A stretch of 64,000 nt of DNA from Macrostomum lignano (Eukaryota): assembly GCA_002269645.1 (NCBI GenBank), contig NIVC01002090.1, positions 1 through 64,000 of the forward strand, given 5' to 3'. This document shows positions 12,301 to 24,674 of the stretch, one piece after another. Under the pieces are notes generated by a model. The model searched no databases. It worked only from the letters and a program-made list of their open reading frames with translations, and was not told where the DNA came from. Both the position numbers and the translations under genes were made by a program. Numbering within the stretch: position 1 is the first letter of the stretch; each line of letters starts with the position of its first letter.

Positions 12301-15300
12301 CATCTAGTTCTGCAGACACACAGATCCTCTGATGCTGGGCCAGCCTCCCAGATCCTCAGTTGCTGGGCCAGCCTCCCTGATCCTCAGTTGCTGGGCTAGC
12401 CTCCCAGATCCTCAGTTGCTGGGCCAGCCTTCCAGATCATCAGTTGCTGGGCCAGCCTCCCAGATCATCAGTTGCTGGGCCAGCCTTCCAGATCATCAGT
12501 TGCTGGGCCAGCCTCCCAGATCCTCAGTTGCTGGGCCAGCCTCCCAGATCCTCAGTTGCTGGGCCAATCTCCCAGAGTGTCAGTTGCTGGGCCAGCCTTC
12601 CACATCCTCAGTTACTGGACCAGTCTCCCATGCAGATCCTTAGTTGCGGGGCCAGCCTCCCAGATCCTCAGTTGCTGGGCCAGCCTCCCAGATCCTCAGT
12701 TGCTGGGCCAGTCTCCTAGAGTGTCAGTTGCTAGGCCAGCCTTCCACATCCTCAGTTGCTGGGCCAGCCTTCCAGATCCTCAGTTGCTGGACCAGTCTCC
12801 CATGCAGATCCTTAGTTGCGGGGCCAGCCTCCCAGAGTGTCAGTTGCTGGGCCAGCCTCCCAGATTCTCAGTTGCTGGGCCAGTCTCCCAGATACTCAGT
12901 TGCTGGGCCAGCCTCCCAGATCCTCTGTTGCTGGGCCAGTCTCCCAGATCCTCAGTTGCGGGGCCAGCCTCCCAGATCCTCAGTTGCTGGGCCAGCCTCC
13001 CAGATCCTCAGTTGCTGGGCCAGCCTTCCAGATCCTCAGTTGCTGGACCAGTCTCCCATGCAGATCCTTAGTTGCGGGGCCAGCTTCCCAGAGTGTCAGT
13101 TGCTGGGCCAGCCTCCCAGATTCTCAGTTGCTGGGCCAGTCTCCCAGATACTCAGTTGCTGGGCCAGCCTCCCAGATCCTCTGTTGCTGGGCCAGTCTCC
13201 CAGATCCTCAGTTGCGGGGCCAGCCTCCCAGATCCTCAGTTGCTGGGCCAGCCTCCCAGATCCTCAGTTGCTGGGCCAGCCTTCCAGATCCTCTGTTTCT
13301 GGGCCAGCCTCTCAGATCCTCAGTTACTGGGCCATCGTCACTTTCCCAGATCCTCATTCTACGTAGTGTGACTGTCAAATCGGAAAAATGCACTTATTGC
13401 TTCATCAAATCTGCCTGGAAAAACTCCACAGAGCCTGCAGAACCACATGCTAGCCGTCATCCAGGAGGACAGCATCGCCTCAAAGAAATGCGCCGAAATC
13501 ATGGTTGAACTTTACCGCCGCGGTGTCTGGCGCGACGCCAAGACTGTCAACTTCATCGGCACCTGTTGCTTCTCTAAAGTGACAAAAATTCTCGTTACTG
13601 GATTAAGATTCTTCTGCTCAGCTAGCGAAGGAGACGGCGGCGGCGCCAGCTCGGACGACGACAGCGACATCGACGAGGAGTCGTACAAGCGACAGTCGAA
13701 GGGCGCCGCGCTGGCCCACCGTGTCGGGCCGAAAACTAACAAGCGCAAGAAGCGATTAGAACGACAGCTGCAGGCGTTGAAGAAGCACAAGAAGAAGAAG
13801 CGCCGTGTTGACGCGTTCGACACTGCGGCATTGCATCTGCTGCACGATCCGCAGACATTCGCTGAGAAACTGCTCAAGCAGGTTTGTTGATTCACTGTAG
13901 AGTCACTCAGTTGAGTCACTCTTTGGGTGTCAGTTGTCACTTTGAGTGTCAGTTGAGTCACTTTGGGTGTCAGTTGAGTCACTCTTTGGGTGTCAGTTGA
14001 GTCACTCTGGGTGTCAGTTGAGTCACGTTGGGTGTCAGTTGAGTCACGTTGGGTGTCAGTTGAGTCACTCTTTGGGTGTCAGTTGAGTCACTCTGGGTGT
14101 CAGTTGAGTCACGTTGGGTGTCAGTTAAGTCACTTTGAGTGTCTGTTGGGTCACTCTGGGTGTCAGTTGAGTCACGTTGGGTGTCAGTTGAGTCACTCTT
14201 TGGGTGTCAGTTGAGTCACTTTGGGTGTCAGTTGAGTCACTCTTTGGGTGTCAGTTGAGTCACTTTGGGTGTCAGTTGAGTCATTTTTTGGGTGTCAGTT
14301 GAGTCACTCTTTGGGTGTCAGTTGAGTCACTCTGGGTGTCAGTTGAGTCACGTTGGGTGTCAGTTAAGTCACTTTGAGTGTCTGTTGGGTCACTCTTTGG
14401 GTGTCAGTTGAGTCACTTTGGGTGTCAGTTGAGTCACTCTTTGGGTGTCAGTTGAGTCATTTTTTGGGTGTCAGTTGAGTCACTCTTTGGGTGTCAGTTG
14501 AGTCATTTTTTGGGTGTCAGTTGAGTCACTCTTTGGGTGTCAGTTGAGTCACTTTGGGTGTCAGTTGAGTCACTCTTTGGGTGTCAGTTGAGTCACTCTT
14601 TGGGTGTCAGTTGAGTCACTTTGGGTGTCAGTTGAGTCACTCTTTGGGTGTCAGTTGAGTCACTCTTTGGGTGTCAGTTGAGTCACTTTGGGTGTCAGTT
14701 GAGTCACTCTTTGGGTGTCAGTTGAGTCACTTTGGGTGTTAGTTAGGCCGTTTTGAAATATCATCATAGCGTTATTTAGTATGTCATTTTCAGCGTTAAT
14801 GATGACGTCATTTTGGTAGTTCTTGTTAGTTTGTAATTCATTTTGGAATTTAACGTATTATATTTATGGTTTTAATTGTATCCGAAAAAAATTCTACGGG
14901 TTTTTAATTTCCGTGAATTTTCATGCATCTGTAAGTCAACTATGTGCTAGAACGATTGTTTAAAGTAGCCTGATTAGAAAACTGTTCCACTTTTATGCGA
15001 ATTCTGCAAATTGTAGGTGGAAACGACAAGCGAACCGTTTGAAATTCGCCTACTAATGCTGGACCTGTGCTCTCGTCTGGTTGGCGTGCACAAGCTGCAA
15101 GTGCTGGGCCTGTACCCTCTGTTGCAGCGCTTCCTGACTCCCAGGCAGTCGGACGTCACCAGGCTATTATTATTCGCTGCCCAGGCTTCGCACAGTATGG
15201 TTCCGCCTGACTGCCTCGAGCCCATGGTTCGCACCATAGCTGACAACTTTGTGACTGATCGGGCCAGCGCCGAGGCTATCGCTGTTGGCCTGAACTCAAT

Positions 15301-16843
15301 TAGAGAGATTTGCTCCAGGGCGCCCTACGCTGTCACCGAGGAGCTGCTTGGCGACCTTGTACAGTACAGATCCTATCGGGATAAGAATGTTAGCAGTGCG
15401 GCTAAGAGCTTGATCCAGCTGTATAGGGAAGCTAATCCCGCTATGCTGCACAGGCGAGATCGGGGTCGGCCTACTGCCGCTCAGGTGAGCACAGTTCTCC
15501 TTTTTGGTGTACTTTGGCATCTAGTTAGTATCTAGGGTTCGCAGGAGTTATAAAGGTAGCTGAAATGACTATCATAAGTTTAGAAGCCAAGCTTGCAGGC
15601 GTAAACAACTTGCTAATTGGTTCAGCAATAATGTACATTAGTCAGTCCACTGAGATGTACATGGCAGCTTTAGGCTGGAATTATGAGAAAGGCAAAAAAA
15701 TTGGGGCGGGGCGGGAGCTAGTGTGGAAAGGCGCGGTTGGAGGGTTTAAGCTGGGGGCGGGGGGAGTAAGAGCCAATAACTGAGCCTTGGCTTTAAAAAT
15801 ACATTAAAATGCTTCAGTTTAACTTACTACTGAACTGAAAGTAGCTTACACGCAAATGTGCTGAGTGGCCCATCTTGCTCGTAGTTATTCTAGTATCTGG
15901 GGCCATAGCCGGTTTTCAGAGTTTCTAAAGCTGGTCATAACCGCTTAAACCGGTGCGCAACGTTATTAGGAAATTTGCTTCAAATATTTTTATCTCACTA
16001 CTACTCGCCAGTAAGCCATCTCTTATGCTGTTTTTTTTTATGCAGGCGGAAGCGGCGGCTACCAGCGGCTCCGCCCTCGCTCAGTTCGGCCAGTCGGACG
16101 TCAAGGACTACTTGCCCGGCGCCGAGACCCTTGAACTCATGGATGGCGGCGAAGGCGGCAACGACGACGATGACTGGGGGGAAGAAGAAGAAGAAGAAGA
16201 CAGCGACGATGGCAGCGGCGAGTGGGTGGACATTCCACAGTCGGATGACGAGGATGTTGCCAGCAAGACTGGCTCTGCTGCTGCTGGCGACGCAGCGGCG
16301 ACCGCGTTGGACCCGACGGCGGCCCGACTGCGCGCCCAGGCGGTGGCCACCTCCCGGATACTGTCGCAGCGGGATTTCAAACGGCTGGAACAGGCGCAGG
16401 CTTTGAAACGGATTCAAGCGACAACTTCGGGTAGGAAGCGGCGTCTGGCAGAAGCCGCCGCCGCCACCGCAGCCGCTGGCAAAGACAACAATAACGACGA
16501 TAATGAGATCTCTATCTCGGCTGGCGATTCCGGACACCCGTCCGGTCTGGCTCAACTGTCCGACATTACTCGTCTGGCTAAGCGTCCGAAAATGTCCCGC
16601 TTGGAACGAATGGAATCGGCCGCCGAAGGTCGGCGCAACGATCCGGACAGTAAAAAGTACGGCTTCCAGGTGCGCAGGATGAACCCGCACGCTAGTAGTA
16701 CAAATGCGGAGAAGCGCAAATCCAAGGCCTTCTCAATGGTGAAGCACAAGGCCAGAGGCAAGACAGGCACTAGGAGCTTTCGAGACAAGCAGATCGCATT
16801 CAGGGACGCCCTGTTGAAACGGATGCGAAAGTCCAAGCGATAA
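9339..16843 (+). CDS. SDAD1: Protein SDA1 homolog (60S ribosomal subunit biogenesis/export), complete, 7 coding exons, 724 aa
   Basis: Exons 9339-9410 ([24 protein letters not shown]), 11422-11526, 11623-11721, 11872-12054, 13432-13881, 15017-15484, 16046-16843. All GT-AG and all phase 0. Recognisable SDA1 motifs: [88 protein letters not shown]. Confidence 0.96.
9978..10261. mobile_element. 284-bp MITE with ~112-bp terminal inverted repeats and TA target duplication (mariner-type ends)
   Basis: 9978-10089 is the reverse complement of 10150-10261 with few mismatches; TA at 9976-9977 and 10262-10263; inferred terminus CGAGGGG. Lies in SDA1 intron 1. Confidence 0.92.
12322..13350. repeat. 28-bp minisatellite (GATCCTCAGTTGCTGGGCCAGCCTCCCA), about 36 copies
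   Basis: Tandem units with recurring variants in SDA1 intron 4; explains the overlapping repetitive ORFs. Confidence 0.95.
13900..14745. repeat. 21-23-bp minisatellite (GGGTGTCAGTTGAGTCACTCTTT), about 37 copies
   Basis: Tandem units in SDA1 intron 5, starting about 20 nt after the donor. Confidence 0.95.
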
Positions 16844-16987
16844 TATTATAAAGTTCATTTGGTACTTTTTATTCAAATGATATTTTGGGCATTTTCTCTC
16901 TGCGTCTCCCAGGCTCTTGAGCACTTTAATACCAGTTCTGATTGATGTATTGTAACCTGGTTGCTAATGGCTGGCATTGTTTGGAAA

Positions 16988-16993
16988 AATAAA
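16988..16993 (+). terminator. Candidate polyadenylation signal (AATAAA) for SDA1
   Basis: AATAAA about 145 nt after the stop codon, followed by T-rich sequence; position only, no transcript evidence. Confidence 0.35.
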
Positions 16994-17175
16994 AACTTAT
17001 TTCTGATACGACGAGTGAAGTCGTTTCTGTAATTTTTGGATTTAAATCTTTGTTTAGCCTTTGATCTCTTGTGACTTTTCTTTTTACTGTATGTATAAAT
17101 TATCTGTTGTTGTTGTTGATGTGTAGTGTCTTTTACATACGTCTTTAGATTAGACTTGCTCTTTCCCTTATTCAT

Positions 17176-18160
17176 AATCCCCTTGTGCACCCCTGCCACT
17201 GCACCCACAATCCCCTTGTGCACCCCTGCCACTGCACCCACAGGCCCCTTGTGTACCCCTGCCACTGCACCCACAATCCCCTTGTGTACCCCTGCCACTC
17301 CACCCACAATCCCCTTGTGCACCCCTGCCACTGCACCCACAATCCCCTTGTGCACCCCTGCCACTGCACCCACAATCCCCTTGTGCACCCCTGCCACTGC
17401 ACCCACAGGCCCCTTGTGTACCCCTGCCACTGCACCCACAATCCCCTTGTGTACCCCTGCCACTCCACCCACAATCCCCTTGTGCACCCCTGCCACTGCA
17501 CCCACAATCCCCTTGTGTACCCCTGCCACTCCACCCACAATCCCCTTGTGTACCCCTGCCACTGCACCCACAGGCCCCTTGTGCACCCCTGCCACTGCAC
17601 CCACAATCCCCTTGTGTACCCCTGCCACTGCACCCACAATCCCCTTGTGCACCCCTGCCACTGCACCCACAATCCCCTTGTGCACCCCTTCCACTGCACC
17701 CACAATCCCCTTGTGCACCCCTTCCACTGCACCCACAATCCCCTTGTGCACCCCTGCCACTGCACCCACAATCCCCTTGTGCACCCCTTCCACTGCACCC
17801 ACAATCCCCTTGTGCACCCCTGCCACTCCACCCACAATCCCCTTGTGCACCCCTGCCACTGCACCCACAATCCCCTTGTGCACCCCTTCCACTGCACCCA
17901 CAATCCCCTTGTGCACCCCTTCTACTCCACCCACAATCCCCTTGTGCACCCCTTCCACTGCACCCACAATCCCCTTGTGCACCCCTTCCACTGCACCCAC
18001 AATCCCCTTGTGCACCCCTTCTACTCCACCCACAATCCCCTTGTGCACCCCTTCTACTCCACCCACAATCCCCTTGTGCACCCCTGCCACTGCACCCACA
18101 ATCCCCTTGTGTACCCCTGCCACTGCACCCACAGTCCCCTTGTGCACCCCTGCCACTCCA
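17176..18160. repeat. 33-bp minisatellite (AATCCCCTTGTGCACCCCTGCCACTGCACCCAC), about 30 copies
   Basis: Highly homogeneous tandem units downstream of SDA1. Confidence 0.95.
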
Positions 18161-18370
18161 TCCGCAGTAACTCCCAAGCGCCGCCCCATCTAAGCTGTCG
18201 TAAGTAAGTAATAAAATGACCTTAAATGTGCCTTTGCTTCAAACAACTAGCTGTTGTGTTTCTGGCATGCTTTTAAATACAAACTTGGGCACGCCGGACT
18301 TGTGTCGCAGTGCCTATAAAACTAAGGATTGGCTAGCATAATCACACTAAGAAGATTTCAACCCAAATAA

Positions 18371-18467
18371 ATGGCGCAGGACAGCTTTCGCCATTCGCCG
18401 TTCGTCGAGTCTGACTCGCCTATCGCCGGTTCGAATCCTGTTTTTAGTGACGCTTCGGAAAATAATA
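18371..18467 (+). CDS. Candidate alternative first coding exon of the coiled-coil gene (MAQDSFRHSPFVESDSPIAGSNPVFSDASENN)
   Basis: ATG-initiated 97-nt frame ending at a consensus GTGAGT donor in phase 1, compatible with the phase-1 acceptor at 57104. Confidence 0.4.
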
Positions 18468-18494
18468 GTGAGTCATATCGCCCTTTGTCACTTG

Positions 18495-18670
18495 CGTGGG
18501 TTGCTGGGTAATTCAAGTGGGTTGCTGGGTTCTTCAAATGAGTTGCTGGGTCATTCAAATGAGTCGCTGGGTCTTTCAAATGAGTTGCTGGGTCCTTCAA
18601 GTGGGTTGCTGGGTCATTAAAGTGGGTTGCTGGGTCATTCAAGTGGGTTACCTAATCATTCAGGGTTGCT
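18495..18670. repeat. 21-bp minisatellite (AAGTGGGTTGCTGGGTCATTC), about 8 copies
   Basis: Tandem units starting about 27 nt after the donor at 18468. Confidence 0.9.
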
Positions 18671-19191
18671 GTTTCTTCATAGGGCTTCTTATTTTCATTG
18701 AGTCACTGAGTCTCAGTTATTTTTCAGGTACTCTTTGCTTAGAGCGTCAATATTACTGGCCCCCATTTATGAGCCGTATTGTAATCTAATCATTTCAACA
18801 GGCCAATCTGTCCTATTTTGTTACATCTGCGCTCTATTTTCACCGCAATAACAAACTAGAAATTTTTAGCACCCTACTCATAGTACTAGTGCAAGCATAT
18901 GAATGCGTTGGAGAAGAAGAAGGTTTCAAATAACAATTGAGTAGCAGAAGCACCCTGAGGTTCATCTGCTAGGATTTTCTTGAATTCAATCTATATATTC
19001 TATGCCTGTGTTTTTTGTTTCTTTTAATTGCATTTTCTTGTCTTCTTTTGCTATTCTAAGCCTACAGCTTACGATGAAGCAGATATTTGATAGCACGCCT
19101 GTCTTGCTGCGCAGTTTCTGATAAGCAACGGCAACCCCGCATTCCGCAGCTGGTCGCCTGCCAGTCCCCAGGATTAAGCTTGATCGACTTT

Positions 19192-19193
<2 letters not shown>

Positions 19194-19248
<55 letters not shown>
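19194..19248. repeat. (CT)n microsatellite
   Basis: Pure dinucleotide run; similar runs at 21547-21590 (CT) and 26688-26716 (AG). Confidence 0.95.
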
Positions 19249-19250
<2 letters not shown>

Positions 19251-20040
19251 CTCGGCGCTGTAATCCATTCCTTGAGCACCCGGCCTAGCCCAGGACTGAA
19301 GGACTATATCCCAGCTGTCTAAACCTCAGCTCTCACTGTCTTACTCTCCATCAGCCAGCCACCTAGCTGAAGTCCAATTTGTTTGACAGTTCGTTCGAGA
19401 TGCGGGAGAAAAAGAGACAGACGGGCGGCCAGATTTGAGCAGAACTACTCACTTTGCGGGATAAGCAGATCCCCTCTCTAGATGTGTGTGTGTGTGTCGC
19501 TGCGTCGATTCCCTAAAAATCCTCATTTCATTTCGATCCCCTAGCCTGCGGACCAATCGTATAGCATCCCTAGCTGTCCCCCGCCCCCCTACCCACACCT
19601 CCATGGCCAGGATCCTCTCTGATCCCGAATTTGTTTCATGAACCCCTTTCTTCCCACCTCATCTGGTTTTTATTTTTTGCAACTACCGTAGCGCTAGCCT
19701 GGCCTGAGATCGCATAGGTTTCTACCCCCCCGTTCTCTCCTTTGCAATCAACCAAGCGAAATAGGAAACAGATACGCGCAGATACAGAAAGCAGGCGCTG
19801 TGAGAAGGGAGAAAAATCCCTTACTAACTAACAACTGAAGGCGCAGAGAGCGCGCTCGCGCAAGAAAAGATTGCGTATATGTTAGAAAGAAATACAGACA
19901 CACACACGGGGAGAGACACGCGCTCAATACTTAATCATCGAATCCTGGGTGTTTCCTCCTAGTGTATTTATTCTGCTACTAGAAGACGCACGAGTATAGG
20001 CGGCAGACAAGACAGAGATATACAAATAATAGCAGCACCG

Positions 20041-20161
20041 ATGCTGTCAGAAGCCGACAGCTGCGAGGAATTATTGTCCATCGACGCCGTCGTCACCGAG
20101 GTTGGCGAGTCCTTTAAGCAGCAACGGCGTCGGCCGCCGCATGGCAGGCGGTTCGCCTACG
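20041..20161 (+). CDS. Candidate first coding exon of the coiled-coil gene (MLSEADSCEELLSIDAVVTEVGESFKQQRRRPPHGRRFAY)
   Basis: GC-rich, ATG-initiated, 121 nt, ends at a GTGAGT donor in phase 1; preceded by UTR-like sequence. Joins in frame to 57104 (G+AC = Asp). Confidence 0.55.
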
Positions 20162-20289
20162 GTGAGTCTCCATCTGGCCAAAGAGCCCCCGACCCCTTTG
20201 GATTCTTTTGAGTGGCTCCAGGGTTACCGGTAGGGATGTTTTTTCTGCACTAAAATTGCTCTCTGTTGAATATTCTAATCATAATTCGG

Positions 20290-21220
20290 CACATCTATGA
20301 CAGTCATCTGATCACCTTTGGACACATCTATGACAGTCATCTGATCACCTTTGGACACATCTATGACAGTCATCTGATCACCTTTGGACACATGACAGTC
20401 ATCTGAACACTTTGGGAACATCTATGACAGTCATCTGATCACCTTTGGACACATCTATGACAGTCATCTGATCACCTTTGGCACATCTATGACAGTCATC
20501 TGATCACCTTTGGACACATCTTCGACAGTCATCTGATCACCTTTGGACACATCTTCGACAGTCATCTGATCACCTTTGGACACATCTATGACAGTCATCT
20601 GATCACCTTTGGGAACATCTATGACAGTCATCTGATCACCTATGACAGTCATCTGATCACCTTTGGACACATCTATGACAGTCATCTGATCACCTTTGGA
20701 CACATCTATGACTGTCATCTGATCACCTTTGGGAACATCTATGACAGTCATCTGATCACCTTTGGACACATCTATGACAGTCATCTGAACACTTTGGGAA
20801 CATCTATGACAGTCATCTGATCACCTTTGGACACATCTATGACAGTCATCTGATCACCTTTGGACACATCTATGACAGTCATCTGATCACCTTTGGACAC
20901 ATCTTCGACAGTCATCTGATCACCTTTGGACACATCTATGACAGTCATCTGATCACCTTTGGCACATCTATGACAGTCATCTGATCAACTTTGGACACAT
21001 CTTCGACAGTCATCTGATCACCTTTGGACACATCTATGACAGTCATCTGATCACCTTTGGCACATCTATGACAGTCATCTGATCACATTTGGACACATCT
21101 ATGACAGTCATCTGATCACCTTTGGCACATCTATGACAGTCATCTGAACACCTTTGGGAACATCTATGACAGTCATCTGATCACCTTCGGCACATCTAAG
21201 ACAATCATCTGATCACCTTC
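20290..21220. repeat. 33-bp minisatellite (GACACATCTATGACAGTCATCTGATCACCTTTG), about 28 copies
   Basis: Tandem units; each contains the palindrome ATGAC-A-GTCAT and TGATCA. Confidence 0.95.
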
Positions 21221-21544
21221 CAATTAAAAGCCACCTATTCACCCACTGGTTTCTTGGAGGTTTGAACCGCCCGTCTCTTTTCTTATTTATCAATAATAAT
21301 TTGGACACGAAAAGTAATATTTTTCGAGCCGAAGCCGCACTTCCTTTTGCCGTCCGGTCCCGACTGTCGGGTTTGCTTATTTAGTGCTTTTTTATTTTAT
21401 CTCCCTGTCTGTCTGCCTGTCTGTCGCTTTAAGCAGTCAAACACATTTTAAGCAGATTGCAAAACCGTGTAAACCTGTTTCCGGGTACTCAAAGTCGCTG
21501 GCCTTGTTTTCTCAGTTCATGAAAACTTTATTGCAGCCTTCTAA

Positions 21545-21593
<49 letters not shown>

Positions 21594-22209
21594 TTGGTTA
21601 AGCAAATCGTCAAAAGAATCCCTCGAAAAAGTTTTGCCTCTAAAGAGGCGTCGGAACTGCATGTACTCGTAAGCATTAGGCTTATGCCTGAGTTGAAGAG
21701 TTCGAGTAGGCAGCACTTGGTCTCGCATCATGCACTTGCTTCATACGAGCGTACCTCCTACGAGTATCTCTCTCTGGTTGTTACGCATGGCTTCACACTG
21801 CCCCGTGGCCCTCCCCCTTCCCATCTAACAGTTCTCTCTCTACAACACATGCTTTTGTCAGTAACTGTCATGTGACCCGAAGATAGGCAGCTAAGGTAGA
21901 GAAAGCTACCGAGTGTGCGTGGGATTCACCCCAACCCACCCATCTCAAAGCCGATTTACTGGCGGCTGGCTACGTGTACAACAGGTGAAAATATGGGCAA
22001 GATTTTTTTGGAGTCATTAGTACTCCCCTCTATTTGCTGAGGGTAGTTGGGGTAAATGAGAGAAGCTGCTGGGAGGCTGCTGTTGTAGATAGATGCAAAC
22101 GAGCGTATTTTGGAGACCAGTGTTGAGTAGCCTGTGTTTTACTGATTGACAACTGTATACTGAAGGTATTATTCAAGCTTTTAAAGATAAATTTTATGAG
22201 GTGTTGGTC

Positions 22210-22275
22210 AGAGCATCTCGGCGGTAAACACGTCTGACTCTCGCGCCACGACCCCTGATTTGATTCCGTGCAGTG
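22210..22275 (+). mobile_element. Diverged tRNA-derived SINE head (copy 1)
   Basis: AGAGCATCTCGGCGGTAAACACGTCTGACTCTCGCGCCAC aligns with 60428-60468; degenerate B-box (TTTGATTCC). Confidence 0.6.
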
Positions 22276-22951
22276 ATCTTGTAGCTTGTCGTGCCTGTAG
22301 CTTGTCGTGCCTGTAGGTTGTCGTGCCTGTAGCTTGTCGTGCCTGTAGCTTGTCGTGCCTGTAGCTTGTCGTGCCTGTAGGTTGTCGTGCCTGTAGCTTG
22401 TCGTGCCTGTAGGTTGTCGTGCCTGTAGCTTGTCGTGCCTGTAGCTTGTCGTGCCTGTAGCTTGTCGTGCCTGTAGCTTGTCGTGCCTGTAGCTTGTCGT
22501 GCCTGTAGCTTGTCGTGCCTGTAGGTTGTCGTGCCTGTAGCTTGTCGTGCCTGTAGGTTGTCGTGCCTGTAGCTTGTCGTGCCTGTAGGTTGTCGTGCCT
22601 GTAGCTTGTCGTGCCTGTAGCTTGTCGTGCCTGTAGCTTGTCGTGCCTGTAGCTTGTCGTGCCTGTAGGTTGTCGTGCCTGTAGGTTGTCGTGCCTGTAG
22701 GTTGTCGTGCCTGTAGGTTGTCGTGCCTGTAGCTTGTCGTGCCTGTAGGTTGTCGTGCCTGTAGGTTGTCGTGCCTGTAGGTTGTCGTGCCTGTAGCTTG
22801 TCGTGCCTGTAGGTTGTCGTGCCTGTAGGTTGTCGTGCCTGTAGCTTGTCGTGCCTGTAGGTTGTCGTGCCTGTAGGTTGTCGTGCCTGTAGGTTGTCGT
22901 GCCTGTAGGTTGTCGTGCCTGTAGGTTGTCGTGCCTGTAGGTTGTCGTGCC
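22275..22951. repeat. 16-bp minisatellite (STTGTCGTGCCTGTAG), about 42 copies
   Basis: Units differ essentially only at one C/G position. Confidence 0.95.
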
Positions 22952-24674
22952 AACCCCCAAGGCACATGCCAGGTACATGTGTACATGCCAGGCGATTAGA
23001 AAGTCAGGGCCGCTGTACACCCTGTGTGAGCGTGTGTAAAAGTGCGTGCTTGCGTACAGCATTGGCGCGCTTGTATGTGCTCAGGAGTCAGCGTTGAAAT
23101 CGTTGCACCATGGTGGCCGCTGGCCATACATTTCAAGATGACGACGAGGCATTTAGTACTAAATATCACCTTAAAGAGTCATAGTTACTCCAGCCAAGTA
23201 CTAAAGATTTAGGGTATTTTGAATTCTAAAATCTCAAGTTTCCATCGGCCATCCATCCGACTATCGTAATCTTTAGTTTGCAGCTCGTGCCTGTCTGTGA
23301 TCGATGCAACTGGAGACACCAGTCTCCGAGAAATGATGAAGACTATTTATTATAAGACACAGAAGATGCGCTAAATAAGAATAAATAGGTGTTATGAGGC
23401 TACTCGGCTTAAAGATTTGGATCGGGGATGGATGGGGGACTGGGAGACTGCCGGATCGAGACGACTTGTCATCAACTGGAAGCCGGAGATGAGGAGAGAA
23501 AAGGAGGAAGCGAAAAAAATTGGGAAGCTGAGGCAGTAGCGATAAGCCTGGCACGCGAGATGCTGCTAAAGGCACACTAGTGAAAGACCCCGTTGGCCTA
23601 TCCAGATTAACGCGAACAGTTTGAGCATGGATACGTGTGGCTGCTACAGCGGGGGGGGCTTCTCAAACTCCTGCCTGCCTTCTCTTGGCCAGACTCGCCA
23701 ACAGTCTGGCTTACTGCTAGGGGGGAGGGCGATTCGCGGAAATTTCCGCCTGCTCTCCCACTCTCACTCTCACCCTCCCCCGTTTTGTCGTGACGCCTAA
23801 TAAACGTTGAAATGAAGTGAGCTTCAGAGTAGCAAAGCGATGCTGAGAGGAAAATTAAACGAAACAGATAAGATATTCCATCTGCTGCTCTGTTGTCTAA
23901 CAACTGCGTAGACTCGGACTGTCTGTCGGGCTGTGCTCTACTCTAATCTGCATCTATTTTGCTTCATCTTCTGTCTGGCTCTCTGTCCGCTGGCGCTCTC
24001 TCTCTATCTTCCTCTATATGGTTGATTCTCTCGGCAACAACACCTCAGTGTCGTTCAGTATTTAATAACCGGCTCTATATTGTATTATACTTGTACGCAA
24101 TTAACTACGAACTACGGGAACACACGATGACGATTCTCTCGTAATCATAAGAAGTAAGATAATAAAAGATAATACATATATAATATAATCGGCACTTTAG
24201 CCAGCAGAGTGAGCAGATATCGAATAGCCCCTGCCTGGACTCGACTCGAAAAGCTGTATAAGATGGTGAAGCTGGAACTGACAGATTAAAGGCTCTCTCT
24301 CTCGCTCTTAACTCTGGTCTGCTGCTTTCATATCCGCCTCTGCCGTCCTCCAGCAGGAGAATAATCTAATTACCAACTCAATTGGCAATTTTCGCGCCTT
24401 GACCAGCTCTCCCCCCTCCTCAGTTCCCTACCGGAGCAATTTTGGTCATCTTATTCTTTCTCTTTCCCCTCTCTCCCTCTCTCTGGTTTCTTAGTTCGTT
24501 CTATTTCATTCTAGCTACCAAAGAGGATTATTCGAACATCAGATAATCTGTTGCTAAGATCAATTGCTGAGTCACTGCAGTTTTCTATCCTTATAACGTG
24601 CTCGAGGTCGAGGCACTCGAGGTCATTTGTTGAGGCAATTCCATGGCAATCGACGCATAGTATTAACTACGAGA

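Noticed and set aside
12332-13508. Overlapping ORFs with [14 protein letters not shown] repeats
   Set aside because: Frame-rotating translation of the 28-bp intronic minisatellite in SDA1.
15700-15770. G-rich stretch with GC boxes in SDA1 intron 6 (possible G-quadruplex or promoter)
   Set aside because: Short, and no supporting context.
16873-18207. Long ORFs of 243-438 aa in four frames (AVAGVHKGIVG, PLCTPATAPTI, HPCHCTHNPLV repeats)
   Set aside because: They arise from a 33-bp unit (multiple of 3) lacking stops; there is no unique coding flank or splice context, and one runs antisense over the SDA1 3' UTR.
22030-23097. 257-318 aa ORFs with RHDNLQARQPTGTTTY repeats
   Set aside because: Translation of the 16-bp array in all three minus frames.
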